This document shows, piece after piece, positions 14,159-28,200 of a stretch of 64,000 bases of DNA. The notes under the pieces are model-generated. The model did not search any database and was not told where the DNA came from. It saw only the letters and a list, made by a program, of their open reading frames with translations. The translations under genes and the position numbers were made by a program. This DNA comes from the human T2T-CHM13v2.0 reference genome, Homo sapiens, in the NCBI RefSeq assembly GCF_009914755.1, contig NC_060947.1, one strand, 5' to 3'. Within the stretch, counting starts at the first letter, position 1. Every line of letters begins with the position of its first letter.

Positions 14159-15184
14159 AAAAATAGTCTTAGCTATAATGATAGGTGATTATTTCCCTTC
14201 CTGGTCTCACGCATAATACTTTGGTATAACCCAAGTTTGGTGTTGTACTCCATCCTCTTCTTTTTCCTTCTCCACATTTAAAAGAAATTATTAAGTATAG
14301 TTGATGAAATTATGCCTTCATTGATATACAGTAGCCTGATTTATATAAAGTTTACCAACTTCAACTATTTTTTTTCTCCTCGGAACAAACTTTCAAGGCC
14401 AAATTCTTGTTCTTCATAAAGCACCCATAGGTGCAATAAAAATGCAGAATTTAGACCTTAGTTTAAGTTTTTCTTTTTCTCAGCAAATACTATTCACAGT
14501 CATGAGCCACGTTTTCCTTCAATTGTACTGGTAGATAATAGGCACTAGGCAGTCATTGAATGTATCCAAATATACCTGGTCCCCGTGTTGGATGGAAAAG
14601 CTAGAGAGCTTCATTTTGTGACCTGATATGAAATATATTCATAAATACACCATCAGGTAGAGAGTTAAAAAAATACTGCTTTAAGTTATACCATAGCTTC
14701 TAATCTTAAATTTGTGATATTTGTAAAAAATCCTGCTGATTTTTAATGAAGACTGCATAATTAAAGAAACCTCCTAAGACTTTTCACAAGTCAAAGGACA
14801 CCCAGCTCTCTAATCATTATCATAAACTAAATTGGGCAATCTGAGACGTTTTATGAAAATTACTCGTATTTTAATGGATTTTATGCAATATCATTTAAAA
14901 TATATTTTGGATTTCAGTTCTAGACTTGAATGCTGGAAAATGTATTAGACAAAAATATTTATTAGAATAACTGCTTAAAATATGTTTTTAACTGTTAAAG
15001 GAATTTTATATTTTAATACTATAGTTTTCTGTTTATTAGTTTAAAGCCACTCTTTTTTTTTCATTGGCTTGACTAGCTCGCTTCCGCTTTTCAATTTTTA
15101 GGATGAAAAATTTCCTAATTGTTTAACAAATTACTGTTTTTTTTTTATTTATGACTTAATTCTTTAATTTCCTCTTGTATAATA

Positions 15185-15370
15185 TGGTGGTAAAGATCAT
15201 GGGTTCTAAAATTGTGCTGTTTAGTTTGAATCTCTGTTCTACCATTTTCTAGCTGTGTTCTCTTGGGCAAGAAAGTTAAACTGCTCTGAGAACTGTTTTC
15301 TCATTAATTACAATGAGACACAGTGCTTAGTGTCATGTCTGGCATATGATATAAGTATTTAAAATGTATA
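15185..15370 (+). mobile_element. MIR SINE
   Basis: gtttgaatctctgttctacca..ctagctgtg..ttgggcaag MIR core. Confidence 0.6.
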
Positions 15371-16095
15371 ATTCTCACATATATTTCACTGAAGTACAGC
15401 AAATTGAATTTTAATGTCCCACTAAACTTTAAACATTCTAAAACAGAAACAATATTTTCTACTTTTTTGCTCCCTGAAAACTGAGGCTGTGGAACCAGAA
15501 CTAACCTACAGGATATTGGGGGTAGCTTCCACTGCTAGGATATTTCATAGAAACATGAACTGAAGAATATGGAAAAAGCATTAATCATTTTTAAAATTGC
15601 TACATAGCAGTAATCTTTTCAAATTATTTCTTAACACTTCCACTTGTTTTTATACCAAGAAAAATGGAATTATTTATATGGAATTCTACATGTTCTGGAT
15701 GGCTGGGAATATTTAGTGCTTTTTTTCTGTTCCCCTAAAAAGATAGTTACTTAGGTGTTGGTCTGTTTCAAATCTATTGTGAAAAAGTTGCAGTATTCTA
15801 TGATGAAGAATCATTAACAAGTATTTATCATGTAGATATTTTAAAATATCCATAAATGTTTACAGAAACTGCATCTATACCAATAAACAAAGAAACATTC
15901 CTGAGATATACCTGAAACATACCTGAGATGTACTGAAGCGCAGAGATGATTAGTAACCTCTTTAAATTTTAGAGAGTTTATAATGGGCAGAATCCAATAC
16001 CCGTTTGCTGTCAGTTATACCTGTTTGCCAGTTAGTCAGATGCTCAGGTAAATTAGATATATTTCAATAAATTATCTATTGTTGGATCACTAAGT

Positions 16096-16139
16096 GATAC
16101 TTTAGAATAAATCATCTAAGATACTTTAGAATAAATCAT
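16096..16139. repeat. 20-bp tandem duplication
   Basis: gatactttagaataaatcat at 16096-16115 and 16120-16139. Confidence 0.9.
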
Positions 16140-16236
16140 TCCAGTTGTGCATATGAATGCATCATTTTAATGGAGAAAATGTATCTTACTGTCTCACCAT
16201 GGAAACTGGCTTATAACTGAACTTCGCTTTTTAGTA

Positions 16237-16456
16237 AAGGGGTATTCAGTCTTTTGGCGTCCCTGGGCCGCATTGGAAAAAAAGTTGTCTTGGGTCACAC
16301 ATAAAATACAGTAACCCTAATGATATCTGATGAGCTAAAAAAAAATTCCAAAAAAATCTCATAGTGTTTTTAAAAAGTTTATGAATTTGTGTTGGACCAC
16401 ATTCAAAGCCGTCCTGGGCCACATGTGGCCCTTGGGTCCCCGGTTGGACTAGCTTG
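16237..16456 (+). mobile_element. MER30 hAT-Charlie non-autonomous DNA transposon
   Basis: Matches MER30 body (ccctgggccgcattgg...ctgatgagctaaaaaaa...ggttggactagcttg); perfect 8-bp TSD ttttagta at 16229-16236 and 16457-16464. Confidence 0.9.
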
Positions 16457-17046
16457 TTTTAGTATATGGCTTCCCACTGGATCTTAAACAGGTTTTAGCC
16501 ACATTTTTGGTAAGCAGTTCAGCATTTTTAAAAATCAGTGGGTAAAATGAGTATTTGAATTTCTACAATTTTATTTCCTGTAATTTATACTTACTACTAA
16601 TATTGATAAAATTAAAACAAACAAGAGAAAAAAGCAGTTCTGCTTACACAACATTTGAGTAATAACACAAGACATTAGAGTTCTTTTTTCATACACTTTA
16701 CTTTCAATAAGGATTCTATGTTATTTTCTTTTTTCAACTTGAATACTATTAGATTTATGTCAATAAGTGATTCTCTGAATCAGGATCAAAATGCTTATGG
16801 CAAAAACATGTTCATAGAGTGAATAAATGCTTTGCAGCTTGTCTATACTTTAAAATGAGGCCATGGTTTACTTTTCGTCTTTTGGTAAATATATGGAGAT
16901 TTGCTTTTAGAGTGAAAATAGGTAAAGATGTAATGTGGATCACAATAATTGATTTCACACATAAATAACCCACTTAACAAGAGAGTGATGAAGGAATTGT
17001 ATTATCATCCCTGGAGATGGAAGAGTTCAGTCTGGCTTGATGGATT

Positions 17047-17234
17047 ATTTTTGTTTTTTTCTGTTTGTTTGTTTGTTTTTTTATTTTTCTGAGATAGTCT
17101 TGCTCTGTTACCTGGGTTGTTACCCAGTGGCATGGTCATGGATCACTGCAGCCTCAATTTCCTGGCCTCAAGCAAACCTCTCACCTTGGCCTCTCAAAGT
17201 GCTGGAATTACAAGCGTGAGCCACTTTGCCAGGC
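17047..17234 (-). mobile_element. Alu monomer (FRAM/FAM-like)
   Basis: Single Alu arm with (TTTG)n tail; TSD cttgatggatt at 17036-17046 and 17236-17246. Confidence 0.85.
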
Positions 17235-17493
17235 ACTTGATGGATTCTTCAAGCATCCATGACTCCTATTTTTAATTGAATTGTTATACAACTTAACACC
17301 CACAATTTTCTGTTCAACCAGGTGGTGAAATTACAGGTTTTAATCACTCAACACAACATTTGATGTTCAGATGACCTTCCCTTTCAAAAATCTGTAAGAC
17401 AAGAGCTGGACACTTTATAATAGTCAAAATAACTTGTAAATGGTAGATGTTGGCATACGATTTTTTATTGATTTCTTGCTTTTTTGCACATCT

Positions 17494-17821
17494 TGTGAGC
17501 AGTGGCACTGACTGCTTTTGTTCTGTATTATCTTTTCAAAGATGCAAATATCCTTGAAAGATATAGTGTCTCCCTTCAGAGCAAAGGGTAGATTTGCTTA
17601 CTGTCCAGTATAAAGGATTCAGATTATGTATCCTTTCCCTCTGTATCATCATGTAGAAATTGAGGATCAGGAAGCAGGTAAAAGAAAATGCTGATACTCT
17701 GATTACTGCTGTATCTGTGGCCCAGGGGTCTCGTGTTATCTGCCAGCATCCTTAAAACTGTGTTAGGCTTACAAGTTAGTTTGCAAGTAGGGTAAAATCT
17801 CAGACTCCACCATTCTTGACA
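17494..17821 (+). mobile_element. Probable old solo LTR (ERVL, LTR40-like)
   Basis: TG...CA ends, tataaa at ~17609, terminal gtagggtaaaatctcagac..ttcttgaca; family assignment from memory. Confidence 0.45.
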
Positions 17822-18608
17822 GTAGTTCTTATTTCTGGACATACTGTTGTTCTTGATAGTCATAGTTCAAATAACTATGCTAACAATTAATTGCACAGAA
17901 ATTCAGTAATGAGCCCATAGAATTATATGACCCAAGCCCCTTTTATTTTAGCACCTTTTGTTTGCTAGTTGGTTAACTTCTTGGATCATTTGATTCTGGT
18001 CTTATTTAACCAATTAGGTAATATATGGCAGTTGTTCTCAGCTGGGCAGTTTGGACCATGTTTTTTTGGCTTGTGTCTGAGAGTACATTCTTAGTGCTTT
18101 CTGGTATGTTCATCTGGGGCACACCGCTGTGGCTTCAGACTAGTTCTTCTTCCTATGGCAAATAAATTTGTTTTGGTGGGTAAACAATTATCTAAGTTGC
18201 TAGGCTCCCTTGAAAGGAAAGTGTTTAATTTCTTTTGTAATGAAATCTTATCACTTTACCAACTATAGAGGAAAAAGCCCAGTGCTACAGCTAACATAGT
18301 CTGAAAAGGTAGTATTTGCTTTTGTTGTGTGTGTTTTCTTTAGTCATGGGGAGCCCTTCAGGTATGATGATTACCATGTGGACCCACCATCAGTGACAGA
18401 TGTTTAACAGTTATTTTCCCAGACCAGCCTAGAGAGGGTGACCAGGGAAATGCAGTATTTTTGTGTGTGAAAGTAACTTGATCAAGACTTATTTACCAAC
18501 TGAGTGTGCAGCCTTGAAGAGGCATTGATGTAAACAGATTTTAGATTGTTAAGCAACATTTATTAATATACATTGCTTTGTGGAGATTCTTACAACTTCT
18601 TTCTTAAG

Positions 18609-18904
18609 TTTTTTTTTTTTTTTTTTGATATGGAGTCTCGCTCTGTTGCCAGGCTGGAGTGCAGTGGCACGATCTCGGCTCACTGCAACCCTTGCCTCTG
18701 GGTTCAAGCGATTCTCCTGCCTCAGCCTCCCCAGTAGCTGGGACTACAGACGTGCGCCACCACACCTGGCTAATTTTTGTATTTTTAGTAAAGACGGGGT
18801 TTTATCATGTTGGCCAGGAGGTTCTCAATCTCCTGACCTCATGGTCCGCCCCCCTCAGCCTCCCAAAGTGCTGGGATTACAGGCGTGAGCCACCACACCC
18901 AGCC
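18609..18904 (-). mobile_element. AluSc
   Basis: Poly-T then ctctgttgccaggctgg (AluSc-type 1-nt deletion), complete dimer. Confidence 0.95.
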
Positions 18905-20869
18905 ACAAATTCTTTTAAAAAGCAAAATTGCAATCATCCTATGTTTGTGGAAGGCCATTTACACTCTTTTACCCTGAATAGACTGTAACTGAAGGTTAGT
19001 TTTGAAATGGGTGGCTATGTTTAATTTTTCAGTGTGTGAAAAATAAAGGCATGCCTATTTGTCTCATTATATGAAGTTAATAAAGCATGCTATTTAGTTA
19101 GACAAGGGTTTCATTGTTTTGAAAGCTGATCCTGTGATCTAAAATTCTGAGAGAATTTTCTGTGGAAATTACCCAGTTATATAATGTGTACAAAGATTTG
19201 CTATCTTCTGCTGTTAAACATTTAATAGAATAATAATTATTAAGGATATATAAAATGAATTTATATAAGTTGAATTGGGGCATTGTGTGCCATTTCAGTG
19301 AATTTGAACAATCTGCCAAAGGATTATGATTCTTTCCTGCATTTGAGGGCTTGCTTCACAGTGAGTGTTAGATTGCGATTCTGTCAGAGTGATGCCATTA
19401 GCAATAGGTCAGACCCCTGAATAATTTTCTGTTTTGCTCCCCTTCTTTCACTTTATTTATAGTTCAGTTATTTATGGTTGCCACTGTAATAACACTTTTG
19501 AGTTTAAAAAAGCCATTGCCTTAAAATATTTTTGTTGTATTGAGAGAAAATTTGGTTCTAACAAAGAGACGTTTTACTGGGATGAAAATACAGAAAGGCC
19601 TATGGAGAAATAGCTTTTTTTCCCATTGGAAAAATAAAGGGAAGTGGAGAAGTACATTTATTTCAACCTAGAATCATTAGGAGTTGCATTTCTGAGAATT
19701 TTCATGTGTGTTTCTATGGGTATTATTAGTCTTCTTCATAGAATGATTTGGGGGACTTTCGGAGATTATGTCAATAACTTCCTTACTCCTCATTATTTCA
19801 CAATGTTTTTGGTTTTCCCCCTTTTTCAGAAACAAATGTTGGTGGATTTTCACAGTGAACACTAGCTAAGTACATGAGTAGGTTTTGAGTATAGGGATTG
19901 AGGTTCAGATTTATTTAACTTCAGAACGTTTTCTACTGCTTCAGATTTATCTATTCATTGAGAGAGAGAATGCTTTTGCATTTGAAACAATTTAATAGGT
20001 GCCAATCTAAGAAAAAGAGCAATTTTACAATTTGGCAGGATGTTCTTTGATGGGAATTGACTTAGCGCTCCAGAAATATATTGCTCCACAGTATTTAACT
20101 GCCAGTCAACTTTCTTATTAGATTCTCTTACTTTAGAAGCTCCTTTTTATGGATCATTATCAAGATATAATTTCTTACTTTGGTCAGCCCTTTTTCTGAG
20201 CAGAACACTTTTGGAGTTTTGCTGTAATTCAATAAATTGTTATGTCTTCTTAAGTTTCTCAGGGAGAAATTTACAGTTTCCCAGTGATCCTTCAAACATT
20301 TACTGGGCATACAAAGTAGCCTATCTTGTTTCTCAGAGCCCCATGATGTGAGTGAGGAAAGTTATTAGGCTTCATTAATGCTTAGGCATCAGCCCAGCGT
20401 ATTGTAAACTACTTGGCTGATCGTGCTACCTAGCAACTATATTGCTTTCTTTAAACACTTTATCATCCCTATTTGTTGTTTCTATTGATATTGACAGCAG
20501 CTTAAGAAACATTTTATTGAATTGTGCAGATACAGTTTTCTTATGTTTGATCCCAAAGTCCAGTTCTTCATTTACATACCTTCACTATTATACTGCCCTA
20601 GGAAGACTTTCCTATATTATGGTTGATGCATTATTCTGTCATTCATTAGTTTTAATAGCTTGAGGGGAGGGATTTTCTCTCAACTCTATATATCTCTAGT
20701 TTCTTATGTATATTTAAAATACTAGCTACCAATCCTTGAGTACTTATTATCATTTATTAATTTGTTTATTCTCTACATATTTATAGAATACCCGCTATGG
20801 GTCACAGATATGATAGCAGGCACTAGATAACATGATCAGCCATGAGAGAGCTTATAATTAACAATCTAG

Positions 20870-21595
20870 CTTATTTTTTGACAGGCAGTGCAATAGGCAC
20901 ATTGCATCTGTTATATATAATTTTCTGTGCAACGATTCTGAGAGGTAGGTATTATGACTCTCAACTAATAGATGAGGAATTTGAGACTCAGAGAAGTTAA
21001 TCAAGTTGCTCAGTCACACAGATAAATGGAGGATTTGAGATTCAAATGCAAGTCAGTCAGGTTCTGTATTAGTTTTCTATGCTGTGTAACAAATACTAAG
21101 TATTTAGTGGCTTGAAACAACACACACTTATTACATCACAGTGCCTATGGGTCAGGAGTCCTGGCACAGCTTAGCTGAGTTCTCCTCTAAAAGACTACAA
21201 TCAAGGTGTCAGCAAGGACTGACTTCTCAATCTGATGGCTCCACTATGGCAGAATCAATTTTCAAGCTCATATGAATGTTGGCAAAATTCATTTCTTTGA
21301 GGCTGTAGTGCTCATGGCATTTTGCTTCTTCATAGCCAGAAAAAGAAAGACCCTAGTGTGAGTCTTCTAGAAAAAGTATTTTATAACATAACATCATCAT
21401 TAGAGTGACATCCTATCACCTTTGCCAAATTCTATTGGTTGGAAGCAAATAGCAGATCCTACCCACACTCAAGGGGAGGGAAGCATACAAGGGAGTGAAC
21501 ACCAGGAGGTGGGGAACATGGTGGGGCCACATTAGAGTGGGTCACAGGTTCCACAATCTGTAATTGTTCCACTGTACCATGCTGCATCTAGTAAG
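20870..21595 (-). mobile_element. MIR interrupted by an MLT1 LTR
   Basis: gaggtaggtattatg..agatgaggaa..gagactcagagaagttaa; resumes after 21551. Confidence 0.65.
21065..21546 (-). mobile_element. MaLR solo LTR, MLT1E-like
   Basis: tgtattagtttt...gtcaca termini; 5-bp TSD ggttc at 21060-21064 and 21547-21551. Confidence 0.8.
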
Positions 21596-23959
21596 AGCTC
21601 AACATCTATGAATTGATTTTTTAAAATTCTGTAAAGCTATATAACACTATTAGAAAAGTTTAGGGGTAAAATCCCCATAATCTCATGATCCCAACACAGT
21701 TCAATGAGTCTCCTGAGCAAGGTGCTAGGTACTCATGCCTGCTGTCTCAAAGCCATCATAATGATGGTGTTTGACTTCCTGTTAGTCTTTAAAAAATATA
21801 CACAGTTCTCCTTTTTACTGCTGAAATCAGAGCAAATATATTATTCTCCAGAATTCCTTTCTCAATTTTGATATCATTAACATTTTTTCCTGTTGCTGAA
21901 GAATTGTATAGCTGTCAGTTTCAGAGTGCTCACAACATTCTTTCAACTGTCCATGCCACCAAACATTTATTTTATCAGATCCAAATGATTGGATATGCAG
22001 GCAACTTTCAATCTTCCACTGCTGAAAACAAGTAAATGAACAACAACAACAGAACACAGTTACATAACTACTTCAGACTCAGAATTCTGCCGTCTTTTGG
22101 ATTATTTACTTAAACTAGGAATCCAGAAGTGAAATTACTGGATCAAATAACATGAACATTTCCATGGCTCTGGGTGCATGCTATCAAAATATTTCTGATT
22201 TTATTTGACTGACTTAATTAACAGCCTTCAAAATTTCCAAGGCATATGATAGTGCTATTAGGAACTCTGTGATCACTGGAAAGACAATATCTTAACCTGT
22301 CCTAAATCAAGGTGTTTTGGTTGAGAGAAGTGGGGAGAATTATCTTCTCTTCATGGCCATGGGCCATTTCTAAGGGTCTTAGTCTACCCTGGAGTTCAAG
22401 TGGAAGACATGGATACCCTCAGGATACTGCCTTACCCTTCATATCAAATGATGTCATGTCTATGGATATTTTTCCTGGTCACAGTGTAGGACAGTGCCTT
22501 TCCTACAATAGATCAGAGGCTATTCTCACAGGACATTTGGGAAATCTGTATTTCCTTGTGTACAGGGACAGATTGGACTAATTTATCTATTTAGATGCAG
22601 TACTCTGCTATTGTATGTATCCACTTTAGCAGCACATTTTACAGTAGGGTTTTCTGCAATAGAAAAGTAAAAAGAAAAAAAGCTAATGTTATACACAGTA
22701 GACTGGCTCATAGTTTTCATCCAGTTAACACTAACAAGAACAGATTAATTGATTATTACTTTTCTTGTGATTCAAGAACTGATAGTTTGGAGTTTGTAGT
22801 TACAGTCTGTTTTTAAAAGTATCTGTTGTGAGCTGGAGAATTTAGCTACCAAATTTGGTTTGCATATGCCTGCCCTGTGACCTCACATCAGCCTGTTTGA
22901 AGGTTTGTGTATTTTTGCTTATCCTTATATGGGAAGGCTGCCTGGAGAATCTGTCTGACCAAAATTAGAAGCACTGTAGCATTTGTAGGAAGTGTGGTTT
23001 TAGGATGTGGATTGTCTTTGTTGCATAGAGAAGGTGGTGAGTTGGAGAACATCTTACAGACTATAAAATAATCATCATTTCATAGCTCTTAATGGTCCTT
23101 ATAACTAGTCAGATTCCCTTGATTCTCTAGATTCTTGAACTTGTCCCTTGACAAAGTTCCCCTAGAGAGAATTGAAATCTATGCAGAAACTCACTGTACC
23201 GAATTGGTAATGGTAGTGATAAGGGCAGGGAAGTGGAAGCTGGAATGAACTGGTTTGTTTGCTTTCAAAATCTTAGTGTAACTCTAGTCAGAAATTTTTG
23301 AAATGGAAGGTCAACATATGCTAGGCTAGCACTTGTCACAAATTTAGTTTTGGTACTTGATTGTGACAGTGTGATTTGTTTCAAGGAAGGCTTTTGCTTT
23401 AAGGCACCTACTCCCAAAGCCCTCAGAACAACCTAAAATACTTGTTCCTCTATTTCCCTTTTATTACTCATTTTCTGTAGCCACCTATGGTCAGAAGCCA
23501 CTGACACTGTTATGGAAGCACTGTTGTGGAATGTTCTTAACTTCACACTTTATTTGACTAAATACATGAAAACAGTTTCAAATGGAGATAGGACTTTATT
23601 TTGGTAAAGTCATTGTAATTCATATGAATCATTGCTTCTTCACAGAAACTTTTTCTTACGAAATCTTAAAGATCCAGGAGGCTTTTATTGCTGCTGGCAT
23701 GTTTCTTTGTTTCATTATCACATAATCTCAGACTGGGAAAGGACAAAATGATTACCTAAAAAAACCTATGGTGTATAAAACCTTCAAAATACTCAAAATA
23801 ACCAACAGGTATTCTTGTTTTTTCTTAGGCCAAACTTTAGAATTAAGCATAATGCAAAAGTATTATGAGTCATATCTGCACTCAAGGAGGCTTCATTAAG
23901 TTGGCAGACAGTGTAATTAGCATGAGACAACATACATTGTAGTGCGTGATTTTGTTATT

Positions 23960-24195
23960 CGTAGGCTTAGTGTTTAAATGGTGCTTTTTGGTCTGACAGA
24001 GCATGGGTAACTGTGTAACTTGGAGCATGTTCCTTAATCCATCTGAGCATTTGTCTCTTTATCTATGAATTTGGAATGAAAATAATAACAGCTGTCTCAT
24101 AAGGTTATTGTTAGAATTAAATAAAATAAGCATGTAAAGAGCTTAGCACAGTGCCTGGCCCATAGGAAGCACTTAATACATAATAATTATTGTAT
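23960..24195 (+). mobile_element. MIR SINE
   Basis: ctgtgtaacttgg..catgtaaagagcttagcacagtgcctggc..taggaagcacttaata. Confidence 0.75.
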
Positions 24196-24854
24196 TATAC
24201 TTTACAATACAATTATATCTGCAATACAGAGAGAGACTTAATACATATAGAATTCCATAACCCATTGCTAGCACACTCTAAAGTGGGGTCTGTGTCTCAC
24301 TGTTTCTTCTTATGAGCCCAGCCCTAATATACCCACTTACTTGTAGCAGAAAGAGGCCAAACTTTGATTAAGGGCTCGTTAGATTCCATCATTAAATTAT
24401 CTACTAGTATGGAATTTGTGACCTTATAATTATAATTAAAGTTCCTTCAGACCATAACTACTATCTTTATTTTAGTTTTACTTACATCAGGGTAAGAACA
24501 GTGGCCATTAGGCTCAATGTGTACTCAGGGACTATCATCTTGATTGAACTATAGCTCCTAACATTATTAGGCAGGAGTCGAACACTGATCCTTCCCTAGA
24601 AGCAGAAGATCTTAGAGCTGAAATTGGGTATTATACTGATTTTGTTTATAATGATGTAGAAATTGATTAAATTGTGTACATACTCATTTGGATAAAAAAA
24701 GGAAGCAAAATCACAGACTGGTAAGTAGAAGTTAAATTTAAATTATTTAGCAAGAACACATCAAAAGTGATATTAGTTGTAAAAGATTGTCGACCTTCTA
24801 TAAAAATCTCTTAAGAAAAAAGCCATATAAAATATCATGAGGCTAGACAGTGAA

Positions 24855-25100
24855 AAGTAGTGGAACAAACTTAAGATTTAGAGTTAGGGATATCTAAGTT
24901 TGAATTCCAGCCTTGACACCCAGTTGCTTTGTGACTGTGGATAAATTTACTTAACCTTTTTGAATCTCAGTATTCTAGTCTGTAAAATGGAGATAATAAT
25001 ATCTACCTTGCTGGGCTACTATAACTATTCAATGAAATAATATATGCAAAGTGCCTGCTATAGCTATTATCACTTAATTGACCTACAAATGGTAGCTCTT
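24855..25100 (+). mobile_element. MIR SINE
   Basis: gtttgaattccagc..acttaacctttttgaatctcag..tctgtaaaatggagataataatatctacct. Confidence 0.75.
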
Positions 25101-25959
25101 ATTGATATGAATTATAAGAAGACAGTATCTGTCTTCCAGTATTTTCAGAACACAGCCTCAAATTGAAATCCTCCTGAATTTGGAAATAATTACAGAGCAC
25201 CTTCTGATAGCCTAAAGTGTCTCTCTGTGATGGAGGAGCCCATAACATATGTGCGGTCAGAGCTCTAAATCTTGTAAAAATTTTGTGCTCCAATCTTTTT
25301 GTGTTTTGGTAAAGCAGATGCTATCTCTTTACCATAGGATATGCTAGAAGGATACTTTGTAGGGCCCTGGGCATTTTTGAGGACTCTTTCTTCTGATCAG
25401 CTTTCATCTAGGATTTGGAGAATAAGGAAGTACTTTGCTAGTTGGGAATGGATAAGAATCTGTGTGCAAACGGTAACTATGAACAATGCCTCCCTGTATT
25501 CAAATCCTAGGTAAAAAGAATGCATGTAGGCATATTGTACATTCCACAGGCGTTAGTACTTAAAGGGTGGGAGGAATATCTGGCATCAAAAAAGTGACTA
25601 AAAACATAAGTAAACACCACTAATAAATGGAGTTTTCTCCAATCAATTTTGGAGAACCCATCAATTTAATTTGGTACATGAGATGTTTAATCCAGGAGAT
25701 TTATTTTGAATAAATATTTCCAAATAAGAGTCAAACCATGAAAAATCCTGCCCAGTCAGCCTCAAAGACTGATGTATATTACTTTTTAATAAACTATCAT
25801 AGGTTGCTGATTACAGCCACCTTACTTTTCTCAAACTTCCCAGAAACTCTAGAAAGTATGGTCAGAGTCCCACTATGCAGTAGGAGCTTTTATAAAAGCA
25901 CCTTGACTACTTGAGTGTGGGCTGGATTTATTGACTTTATTCTAAATATACAGTGATGA

Positions 25960-26535
25960 AAAGGGATAAAAGGTGCAGAACTCTGGCAGACACTACTATA
26001 ACCAGTTATTCAAGGTTAATATCACCATCAATAAGTCCGTTGCTATAATATGCCCTATGACATGATGTGATGAGAAAGGCATTTCTTCTTTGTGGTATTT
26101 GTCCCAAATATCCATAACCCCAGTATAATTATCAGAAAAGCATAACACAAACTTGACCTGAGGGACATTCTACGAAATACTTAACCAGGGCCCCTGAAAA
26201 CTGTCAGGGTCACAGGAAATAAGAAAAGTCTGAGAAACTCTTACAGCCCAGAGGAGACTAAGGAGACATGGCAAATAAGTGTACTGACACACCCTGGAAA
26301 GGAACAGAAAGAGAACATTATTAGAAAAGCTGATGAAATCCAAATAGGCTGGAGTTTAGTTAGTAGTATCATACCAATGTTGGCTTCTTAGTTGTGACAG
26401 ATGTACCACTATGAGGTAAGATGTTAACAACAGCAGAAACTGGGTGAGTGATATATGGAGACTTTTTACTATATTCGCAAATTTTCTGTAAATGTAAATT
26501 GCATTCCAGAATTAAAGTTTATTATAATTAAAATC
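25960..26535 (+). mobile_element. L1MC/L1MD-type 3' UTR fragment
   Basis: tgagggacattctac..aaaactgtcagggtca..aagtctgagaaact..ggagactaaggagacatg. Confidence 0.65.
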
Positions 26536-28009
26536 TAAAAACATTTTGGTGGTGCTGAGTTTAAAATAAAATTGTGAGATCAATCAGTTTTAGTATCTAC
26601 TTTGTGTCCAGCCCTGTGGTGAGCACTATATGGGGAGACAAAAGCAAAAGGCATAGTCCCTACCTCCAGATAGCCTATCAACTAACTGAAGAGATGTGAC
26701 TTTGACATGTGAAATGATTGGCAAACATTGGTACTCTTTGATTAAGCTCCAAACTGGGTGGTAAAAACTGCAGGAGGTCAGATGGAGTGGCCACAGAGAA
26801 CTTCACAGAGTAGACCTGGAAGAATAGATTAGAATGGCATCAGTGGAGAGAGGGGAGACTTGCAGATGAAGGGAACAAAGAGAGAAAAAGCACTGGAGTG
26901 TTGGGCATGACATGTTCAGAGGAGAATAAAGGCAGCCTGATCTGATCTGGGAGAGAGGAGGCTGCATACTTTTACAGAGGCAGATGAAGCTGGGCCTCAT
27001 TATGCAGGGCATTGAAAGTTAAACAGTCAGAGAGGGTAGGGGTTGGAACCGGCCACAGGGAACCTCAGTAGCAGTTGGGTAACTGTATGTGTTTCAATTC
27101 TTTGAATTTCAGCCTTTGGCCAAATTTATGTCTGTCATATATTAATCAGCTAACAACTGTCTTGGCATGTACGTTTGATAAGACAAGACTATGTGGGGAC
27201 GATTTCACCTGAAGAGGTGAAAGTACAGCCATGCCCACTTTCTGGATTAAAAAGGCTCTTTCTTAACTAAATGAAATATCACTTCTGAATAATCTCATGT
27301 ATCCAGACCTTTCTTGTCTGGAACTTTTCTCTGTCCATGCTGTTTTCCATAGTCAGAAGGAACTTTAGTCCCTTTATTGTTACTGACTCAAAGCTTGTTT
27401 CTGCTTTCAAAAGAAATACATTGTAATTAGATCGTTTTGCTCTTTAAAAAGTTCGTTGGGCATTTTTTTTTTAAAGTGATGGGTGCAGTGTGTAATAAGA
27501 AAAATAAAAAGAACAGAAAGGGTCTGATGCCTTTGCACTTTCTTGTCTGTTTTTTTTGTAAATTTGAAGTACAGAAATTATATCTTCCACACTAACTTTG
27601 CCCACTCAAAACTATTAGGTAACTGAACTCTTGACAAAGCGGAGGCATGTGCTGTATTGTTCTCGGTGTGGTCCAGAAACCAGAGGCCTCGTGGTGTTCT
27701 ACTCAGTTCTCCTGTGTGCATACTGCCTGTGTTCATGCAAGCCCACATAATAGGGGGTTAGGACTTCGTTGAAGTCAGTTAAGGCTGGTCAAGAGAAAGG
27801 AGATTATAATAACTAGGAATTCATGTTCACTCATAAGGGATATTTAGGACAGAATATAAGATGTCTCAACCTTTGGTGTCTTACTTAGTTACATAGTTTA
27901 GAAGGAACTCGCTCATATGTCAGTCTCCAGCTGAATTTGGAGTATGTCTAGTATATCCCCCCCATGAAAGTAGTGTACTGTAAGTAATGAAAAACAAAAC
28001 AAAACAAAA

Positions 28010-28200
28010 ACAAGGCTTTGTAGTCAGCTAAATTTAGACATGTAATTTGATTTAAAGACCATTAATAGCTCTGTCTTACTGAGCAGGTTTCTTAACATCT
28101 CTGAGCCCCTGTTTCCTTTGCCGTGAAATGGATAGCCACCCCAAAAAGGGTTTGATATTCAGAAAACACTTAACAAGCACTCAACAAATGTTAGTCTTCT
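28010..28200 (+). mobile_element. MIR SINE
   Basis: gagcaggtttcttaacatctctgagcccctgtttcct. Confidence 0.6.

Noticed and set aside
15899-15940. Short ~11-bp imperfect tandem repeats (cctgagatata..) as a possible array
   Set aside because: Three to four degenerate adjacent units without spacers; ordinary slippage
26580-27020. Probable L2 relics (also ~8940-9060, ~12890-13420, ~48060-48300)
   Set aside because: Too diverged to delimit by eye, so not listed as features
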